Of a stretch of DNA of 64,000 bases, positions 54,801 to 64,000 are shown one piece after another. The translations under genes and the position numbers were made by a program. The DNA is from Eledone cirrhosa. Its lineage: Eukaryota. The DNA lies in contig OZ024740.1 of the NCBI GenBank assembly GCA_964016885.1, positions 8,742,001-8,806,000 on the forward strand. Reading direction: 5' to 3'. Under the pieces are notes generated by a model that saw only the letters and a program-made list of their open reading frames with translations, did not search any database and was not told the origin of the DNA. Within the stretch, counting starts at the first letter, position 1, and each line of letters opens with the position of its first letter.

Positions 54801-57800
54801 TCCTCAATTGGTATATCAGTTTCGATTGGTATATCAGTTTTTATTGGTATATCAGTTTCGATTGGTATGTTAGTCCTCGATTTGATGTCAGTTTCTATTG
54901 GTATATCAATTTCGATTGGTATGTCATTTTCTGTTGGTATGTCAATTTCGATTGGTATGTCACTTTCTATTGGTATATCAGTTTCTATTGATATATCAGT
55001 TTCTATTGGTATGTCAGTTTCGATTAGTATATCAGTTTCTATTGGTATATCAGTTTCGATTGGTATGTTAGTCCTCGCTTTGATGTCAGTTTCTATTGGT
55101 ATATCAATTTCGATTGGTATGTCATTTTCTGTTGGTATGTCAATTTCGATTGGTATGTCACTTTCTATTGGTATATCAGTTTCTATTGATATATCAGTTT
55201 CGATTGGTATGTCAGTTTCGATTAGTAAATCAGTTTCTATTTGTATGTCAGTTTCTATTGGTATATCAGTTTTGATTGGTATATCAGTTTAAATTGGTAT
55301 GTCAATTTCGATTGGTATGTCAGTTTCGATTTGTATATCAGTTTCAATTGGTATATCAGTTTCGATTGGTATATCAGTTTCGATTCGTATGTCAGTTTCT
55401 ATTATTATGTCAGTTTGTATTGGTATATCAGTTTCAAGTGGTATATCAGTTTCTATTGGTATGTCAGTTTTATTGGTATGTCAGTTTCGATTGGTATGTC
55501 AGTTTCTATTGGTATATCAATTTCGATTCATATATCGGTTTCAATTAGTATATCAGTTTCTATTGGTATATCAGTTTCTATTGGTATGTCAGTTTTGACT
55601 AGTATATCAGTCTCTATTGGTATGTCAGTTTCGATTGGTATGTCTATTTTGAATGGTATATTAGTTTTGATTGGTATATCAGTTTCTATTGGTATATCAG
55701 TTCCGATTGGTATATCAGTTTCGATTGGTATGTCAGTTTCTATTGGTATGTCAGTTTCGATTGGCATGTCAGTTTCTATTGGTATATCAGTTTCGATTCA
55801 TATATCGGTTCCGATTAGTATATCAGTTTCTATTGATGTGTCAGTTTCGATTAGTATATCAGCTTCTATATGTATGTCAGTTTCGATTGGTATGTCAGTT
55901 TCTATTGGTATATCAGTTTCAATTGGTATATCAGTTTCGATTGGTATATCAGTTTCGATTCGTATGTCAGTTTCTATTATTATGTCAGTTTGTATTGGTA
56001 TATCAGTTTCAATTTGTATATCAGTTTCTATTTGGTATGTTAGTTTTATTTGTATGTCAGTTTCGATTGGTATATCAGTTTCTGTTGGTATGTCAATTTC
56101 GATTAGTATGTCAGTTTCTATTGGTATATCAGTTTCGATTTGTATATCAGTTTCGATTGGTATGTCAGTTTCGATTGGTATGTCAGTTTCGATTGGTATG
56201 TCAGTTTCTATTGGTATATCAGTTTCGATTCATATATCGGTTCCGATTGGTATATCAGTTTCTATTGGTATGTCAATTTCGATTGGTATGCCAGTTTCGA
56301 TTTGTATATCAGTTTCGATTGGTATGTCAGTTTCAATTAGTATATCAGTTTCTATTGGTATGTCAGTTTCTATTGGTATATCAATTTCGATTGGTATATC
56401 AGTTTCGATTAATATGTCAGTTTCGATTCATATGTCAGTTTCTATTGGTATGTCAGTTTCGATTGGTATGTCAGTTTCTATTGGTACATCAGTTTCAATT
56501 GGTATATCAGTTTCAATTGGTATGTCAGTTTTATTGGTATGTCAATTTCGATTGGTATATCAGTTTCGATTGGTATGTCAATTTCGATTGGTATGTCAGT
56601 TTAGATTTGTATATCAGTTTCGATTGGTATGTCACTTTCGATTGGTATGTCAGTTTCTATTGGTATGTCAGTTTCTATTGGTATATCCGTTTCAAATTGG
56701 TATATCAGTTTCGATTCGTATGTCAGTTTCTATTATTATGTCAGTTTGTATTGGTATATCAGTTTCAATTGGTATATCAGTTTCTATTGGTATGTCAGTT
56801 TTATTGGTATGTCAGTTTCGATTGGTATATCAGTTTCTGCTGGTATGTCAATTTCGATTTGTATGGCAATTTATATTGGTATATCAGTTTCGATTGGTAT
56901 GTCAATTTATATTGGTATGTCAGTTTCGATTGGTATGTCTATTTCGATTGGTATATCAGTTTCTATTTGTATGTCAGTCTCGATTGATATATCAGTTTTG
57001 ATTGGTATATCAGTTTCTATTGGTATATCAGTTCCGATTAGTATATCAGTTTCGATTGGTATGTCAGTTTCTATTGGTATATCAGTTTCGATTGATATTT
57101 CAGTTTTGATTAGTATGTCAGTTTCTATTGGTATGTCAGTTTCGATTAGTATATCAGTTTCTATTGGTATATCAGTTTATATTTGTATGTCAGTTTCGAT
57201 TGGTATGTCAGTTTCTACTTGTATATCAGTTTTGATTTGTATGTTAGTTTCTATTGGTATGTCAGTTCCGATTGGTATGTTAGTCCTCGATTTGTATGTC
57301 AGTTTCTATTGGTATATCAATTTCGATTGGTATGTCAGTTTCTATTGGTATATTAGTTTCGATTGGTATGTCAATTTCAATTAGTATATCAGTTTCTATT
57401 GGTATGTCAGTTTCTATTGGTATATCAATTTTGATTGGTATATCAGTTCCGATTAGTATGTCAGTTTCGATTCATACGTCAGTTTCGATTGGTATGTCAG
57501 TTTCGATTTGTATGTCAGTTTCGATTGGTATATCAGTTTCGATTAGTATGTCAGTTTCTATTGGTATATCAGTTTCTATTGGTATGTCAGTTTTGATTGG
57601 TATGACAGTTTCTATTGGTATATCAGTTTCGATTGGTATATCAATTTCTATTGGTATATCAGTTCCGATTGGTATATCAGTGTCGATTGGTATGTCAGTT
57701 TCGATTAGTATATCAGTTTCTATTGGTATGTTAGTTTTGATTGGTATGTCAGTTTCTATTGGTATATCAGTTTCTATTTGTATATCAGTTTCTATTGGTA

Positions 57801-60800
57801 TGTTAGTTTCTATTGGTATATCAGTTTTGATTGGTATGTTAGTTTCTATTGGTATGTCAGTTTCGATTAGTATATCAGTTTCTATTAGTACGTCAGTTTC
57901 GATTTGTATGTCAATTTCTATTGGTATATCAATTTCGATTGGTAGGTCAGTTTCTATTGGTATATCAGTTTCTATTTGTATGTCAGTTTTGATTGGTATG
58001 TCAGTTTCTATTGGTATATCAGTTTCGATTGGTATATCAGTCTCTATTGTTATATCAGTTCCGATTGGTATATCAGTTTCGATTAGTATATCAGTTTCTA
58101 TTGGTATATCAGTACCGATTAGTAAATCAGTTTCTATTTGTATGTCAGTTTCTATTGGTATATCAATTTCGATTCATATATCGGTTTCAATTAGTATATC
58201 AGTTTCTATTGATCTGTCAGTTTCGATTAGTATATCAGCTTCTATTTGTATGTCAGTATTGATTGGTATGTCAGTTTCTATTGGTATATCAGTTCCAATT
58301 AGTATGTCAGTTTCGATTGGTATGTCATTTTCTATTGGTATATCAGTTTCGATTGATATATCAGTTTCGATTAGTATATCAGCTTCTATTTGTATGTCAG
58401 TTTCGATTGGTATGTCAGTTTCTATTAGTATATCAGTTTCAATTGGTATATCAGTTTCGATTGGTATATCAGTTTCGATTCGTATGTCAGTTTCTATTAT
58501 TATGTCAGTTTGTATTGGTATATCAGTTTCAAGTGGTATATCAGTTTCTATTGGTATGTCAGTTTTATTGGTATGTCAGTTTCGATTGGTATGTCAGTTT
58601 CTATTGGTATATCAATTTCGATTCATATATCGGTTTCAATCAGTATATCAGTTTCTATCGATCTGTCAGTTTCGATTAGTATATCAGCTTCTATTTGTAT
58701 GTCAGTTTCGATTGGTATGTCAGTTTCTATTGGTATATCAGTTTCAATTGGTATATCAGTTTTGATTCGTATGTCAGTTTCTATTATTATGTCAGTTTGT
58801 ATTGGTATATCAGTTTCAATTGGTATATCAGTTTCTATTGGTATGTCAGTTTTATTGGTATGTCAGTTTCGATTGGTATATCAGTTCCTGTTGGTATGTC
58901 AATTTCGACTAGTATGTCAGTTTATATTGGTATATCAGTTTCGATTGGTATATCAGTTTCTATTGGTATGTCAGTTTTGACTAGTATATCAGTCTGTATT
59001 GGTATGTCAGTTTCGATTGTTATGTCTATTTCGAATGGTATATCAGTTTTGATTGGTATATCAGTTTCTATTGGTATATCAGTTTCGATTGGTATGTCAG
59101 TTTCTGTTGGTATGTCAATTTCGATTAGTATGTCAGTTTCTATTGGTATATCAGTTTCGATTGGTATGTCAGTTTCTATTGGTATGTCAGTTTTGACTAG
59201 TATATCAGTCTCTATTTGTATATCAGTTTCAATTGGTATGTCAGTTTCTATTGGTATATCAGTTTTGATTGGTATGTTAGTTTCTATTGGTATGTCAGTT
59301 CCGATTGGTATGTTAGTCCTCGATTTGTATGTCAGTTTCTATTGGTATATCAATTTCGATTGGTATGTCAGTTTCGATTGGTATGTCAGTTTCAATTAGT
59401 ATATCAGTTTCTATTGGTATGTCAGTTTCTATTGGTATATCAATTTCGATTGGTATATCAGTTTCGATTAGTATGTCAGTTTCGATTCATATGTCAGTTT
59501 CGATTGGTATGCCAGTTTCGATTGGTATGTCAGTTTCTATTGGTATGTCAGTTTCAATTGGTATATCAGTTTCAATTGGTATGTCAGTTTTATTGGTATG
59601 TCAATTTCGATTGGTATATCAGTTTCGATTGGTATGTCAGTTTCGATTGGTATATCAGTTTCTATTGGTATATCAATTTCGATTCATATATCGGTTTCAA
59701 TTAGTATATCAGTTTCTATTGATCTGTCAGTTTTGATTAGTATATCAGCTTCTATTTGTATGTCAGTTTCAATTGGTATGTCAGTTTCTATTGGTATATC
59801 AGTTTCAATTGGTATATCAGTTTCGATTCGTATGTCAGTTTCTATTATTACGTCAGTTTGTATTGGTATATCAGTTTCAATTGGTATATCAGTTTCTATT
59901 GGTATGTCAGTTTTATTGGTATGTCAGTTTCGATTGGTATATCAGTTTCTGTTGGTATGTCAATTTCGATTAGTATGTCAGTCTCTATTGGTATGTCAGT
60001 TTCGATTGGTATGTCTATTTCGAATGGTATATCAGTTTTGATTGGTATATCAGTTTCTATTGGTATATCAGTTCCAATTAGTATATCAGTTTAGATTGGT
60101 ATGTCAGTTTCTATTGGTATATCAGTTTCGATTGATATATCAGTTTTGATTAGTATGTCAGTTTCTATTGGCATGTCAGTTTCGATTCGTATGTCCGTTT
60201 CGATTAGTATATCAGTTTCTGTTGGTATACCATTTTTCGTTTGGTATGTTAGTTTCTAATGGTATGTCAGTATATATTTGTATGTCAGTTTCGATTGGTA
60301 TGTCAGTTTCCATTGGTATATCAGTTTCGATTGGTATGTTACTCCTCGATTGGTATATCAGTTTCGATTGGTATATCAGTTTTTATTGGTATGTTAGTTT
60401 CTATTGGTATGTCAGTTTCGATTAGTATATCAGTTTCTATTGGTATATCAGTTTCGATTGGTATGTTAGTCCTCGATTTGTATGTCAGTTTCTATTGGTA
60501 TATAAATTTCGATTGGTATGTCAGTTTCTGTTGGTATGTCAATTTCGATTGGTATGTCAGTTTCTATTGGTATATCAGTTTCTATTGATATATCAGTTTT
60601 GATTGGTATGTCAGTTTCGATTAGTAAATCAGTTTCTATTTGTATGTCAGTTTCTATTGGTATGTCAGTTTCGATTGGTATGTCAGTTTCTATTGGTATA
60701 TCAGTTTCGATTCATATATCGGTTCCGATTAGTATATCAGTTTCTATTGATGTGTCAGTTTCGATTAGTATATCAGCTTCTATTTGTATGTCAGTTTCGA

Positions 60801-63800
60801 TTGGTATGTCAGTTTCTATTGGTAGATCAGTTTCAATTGGTATATCATTTTCGATTGGTATATCAGTTTCGATTCATCTGTCAGTTTCTATTATTATGTC
60901 AGTATGTATTGGTATATCAGTTTCGATTGATATATCAGTTTCTGTTGGTATGTCAATTTCGATTGGTATGTCAGTTTCGATTTGTATATCAGTTTCGATT
61001 GCTATGTCAATTTCGATTGGTATGTCAGTTTCGATTTGTATGTCAGTTTCGATTGGTATGTCAGTTTCGATTGGTATGTCAGTTTCTATTGGTATATCAG
61101 TTTCGATTCATATATCGGTTCCGATTAGTATATCAGTTTCTATTGACGTGTCAGTTTCGATTAGTATATCAGCTTCTATTTGTATGTCAGTTTCGATTGG
61201 TATGTCAGTTTCTATTGGTAGATCAGTTTCAATTGGTATATCATTTTCTATTGGTATATCAGTTTCGATTCATCTGTCAGTTTCTATTATTATGTCAGTA
61301 TGTATTGGTATATCAGTTTCGATTGATATATCAGTTTCTGTTGGTATGTCAAATTCGATTAGTATGTCAGTTTCTATTGGTATATCAGTTTCGATTGGTA
61401 TGTCAGTTTTTATTGGTATGTCAGTTTTGACTAGTATATCAGTCCCTATTGGTATATCAGTTTCAATTGGTATGTCAGTTTCTATTGGTATATCAGTTTT
61501 GATTGGTATGTTAGTTTCTATTAGTATGTCAGTTGCGATGGGTATGTTAGTCCTCGAGTATTATGTCAGTTTATATTGGTATATCAATTTCGATTGGTAT
61601 GTCAGTTTCTATTGGTATGTCAGTTTCTATTGGTATATCCGTTTCGATTGGTATGTCAGTTTCAATTAGTATATCAGTTTCTATTGGTATGTCAGTTTCT
61701 ATTGGTATATCAATTTCGATTGGTATATCAGTTTCGATTAATATCTCCGTTTCGATTCATATGTCAGTTTCGATTGGTATGTCAGTTTCTAGTGGTATAT
61801 CAATTTCGATTGGTGTGTCAGTTTCTGTTGGTATGTCAATTTCGATTGGTATGTCAGTTTCTATTGGTATATCAGTTTCTATTGATATATCAGTTTCGAT
61901 TGGTATGTCAGTTTCGATTAGTAAATCAGTTTCTATTTGTACGTCAGTTTCTATTGGTAAATCAGTTTCGATTGGTATATCAGTTTCGATTGGTATGTCA
62001 ATTTCGATTGGTATGTCAGTTTCGATTTGTATATCAGTTTCGATTGGTATGTCAGTTTCGATTGGTATGTCAGTTTCGATTGGTATGTCAGTTTCTATTG
62101 GTATATCAGTTTCGATTCATATATCGGTTCCGATTAGTGTATCAGTTTCTATTGGTATGTCAATTTCGATTGGTATATCAGTTTCGATTTGTATATCAGT
62201 TTCGATTGGTATGTCAGTTTCTATTGGTATATCCGTTTTGATTGGTATGTCAGTTTCAATTAGTATATCAGTTTCTATTGGTATGTCAGTTTCTATTGGT
62301 ATATCAATTTCGATTGGTATATCAGTTTCGATTAATATGTCAGTTTCGATTCATATGTCAGTTTCGATTGGTATGTCAGTTTCGATTGGTATGTCAGTTT
62401 CTATTGGTACGTCAGTTTCAATTGGTATATCAGTTTCAATTGGTATGTCAGTTTTATTGGTATGTCGATTTCGATTGGTATATCAGTTTCGATTGGTATG
62501 TCAATTTCGATTGGTATGTCAGTTTCTATTGGTATGTCAGTTTCTATTGGTATATCCGTTTCAAATTGGTATATCAGTTTCGATTCGTATGTCAGTTTCT
62601 ATTATTATGTCAGTTTGTATTGGTATATCAGTTTCAATTGGTATATCAGTTTCTATTGGTATGTCAGTTTTATTGGTATATCAGTTCCAATTAGTATGTC
62701 AGTTTCGATTGGTATGTCAGTTTCTATTGGTATATCAGTTTCGATTGATATATCAGTTTCGATTAGTATATCAGCTTCTATTTGTATGTCAGTTTCTATT
62801 GGTATATCAGTTTCGATTGGTATATCTGTTTCGATTCGTATGTCAGTTTCTATTATTATGTCAGTTTGTATTGGTATATCAGTTTCAATTGGTATATCAG
62901 TTTCTATTTGGTATGTTAGTTTTATTTGTATGTCAGTTTCGATTGGTATATCAGTTTCTGTTGGTATATCAGTTTCGATTGGTATGTCAGTTTCTATTGG
63001 TATGTCAGTTTATAATTGTATCTCAGTTTCGATTGGTATGTCAGTTTCTATTGGTATATCAGTTTTGGTTTGTATGTTAGTTTCTATTGGTATGTCAGTT
63101 CCGATTGGTATGTTAGTCCTCGATTTGTATGTCAGTTTCTATTGGTATATCAATTTCGATTGGTATGTCAGTTTCTATTGGTATGTCAGTTTCTATTGGT
63201 ATATCAGTTTCGATTGGTACGTCAGTTTCAATTAGTATATCAGTTTCGATTAGTATGTCAGTTTCGAATCATATGTCAGTTTCGATTGGTATGTCAGTTT
63301 CGATTGGTATGTCAGTTTCTATTGGTATGTCAGTTTCAATTGGTATATCAGTTTCAATTGGTATGTCAGTTTTATTGGTATGTCAATTTCGATTGGTATA
63401 TCAGTTTCGATTGGTATGTCAATTTCGATTGGTATGTCAGTTTAGATTTGTATATCAGTTTCGATTGGTATGTCAGTTTCGATTGGTATGTCAGTTTCGA
63501 TTGGTATGTCAGTTTCTATTGGTATATCAATTTCGATTCATATATCGGATTCAATTAGTATATCAGTTTCTATTGATCTGTCAGTTTCGATTAGTATATC
63601 AGCTTCTATTTGTATGTCAGTTTCAATTGGTATGTCAGTTTCTATTGGTATATCAGTTTCAATTGGTATATCAGTTTCGATTTGTATGTCAGTTTCTATT
63701 ATTATGTCAGTTTGTATTGGTATATCAGTTTCAATTGGTATATCAGTTTCTATTGGTATGTCAGTTTTATTGGTATGTCAGTTTCGATTGGTATATCAGT

Positions 63801-64000
63801 TTCTGTTGGTATGTCAATTTCGATTAGTATGTCAGTTTATATTGGTATATCAGTTTCGATTGGTATATCAGTTTCTATTGGTATGTCAGTTTTGACTAGT
63901 ATATCAGTCTCTATTGGTATGTCAGTTTCGATTGGTATGTCTATTTCGAATGGTATATCAGTTTTGATTGGTATATCAGTTTCTATTGGTATATCAGTTC
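45847..64000. repeat. 18-bp satellite array, segment 4 (continues beyond the window)
   Basis: Same monomer and orientation. It resumes in higher-order phase right after the LINE tail. Confidence 0.98.
47020..51980. repeat. ~2.7-kb tandem duplication inside the satellite
   Basis: ORF pairs 47355/50059, 47806/50510 and 48058/50762 all sit at offset 2704. The rare variant attcggatataagtttctc occurs in both copies. Boundaries are approximate. Confidence 0.8.

Noticed and set aside
1-64000. Hundreds of ORFs with SIGMSV / FRLVCQ / FDWYVS / IETDIP repeats (up to 637 aa)
   Set aside because: The 18-bp monomer is a multiple of 3 and lacks stops in most frames. ORFs overlap in all frames and break at 17- or 19-bp monomers, with no sign of frame preservation.
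1-64000. CRISPR-like array
   Set aside because: The repeats are directly adjacent with no unique spacers, there are no cas genes, and the context is a eukaryotic LINE-containing satellite.
1-64000. CENP-B-box resemblance (TTTCGATTGG vs YTTCGTTGGAARCGGGA)
   Set aside because: Only the TTCG half matches. The essential CGGG is absent.
1-64000. Telomeric repeat (T/G-rich strand bias)
   Set aside because: There are no TTAGGG/TTAGG tracts. The higher-order structure and internal LINEs fit a satellite, although a subtelomeric location cannot be excluded.

Overview
Eukaryotic (most likely metazoan) satellite DNA. About 59 kb of the window is one same-orientation tandem array of an 18-bp monomer, ATTGGTAT(G/A)TCAGTTTC(G/T), about 3,300 copies. 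It runs off both ends, so the array is larger than the window. The array has an irregular higher-order cassette of marker monomers and nested tandem duplications of about 0.5, 1.2, 2.7, 3.9 and 7.3 kb. The only non-satellite DNA is three 5'-truncated copies of one RTE-clade non-LTR retrotransposon with a (GAT)n tail. Two are ~1.05-kb minus-strand copies (6552-7602, 10138-11185) that derive from one insertion later duplicated with the array. The third is a 2.6-kb plus-strand copy (43230-45846) whose reverse transcriptase carries a complete C4HC3 PHD finger inserted inside the RT domain and has a single 1-bp frameshift. Both independent insertions hit the same GGTAT register of the monomer, with little or no target-site duplication. 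Nearly all listed ORFs are artefacts of the stop-poor 18-bp repeat. I found no host genes, RNA genes or CRISPR arrays.
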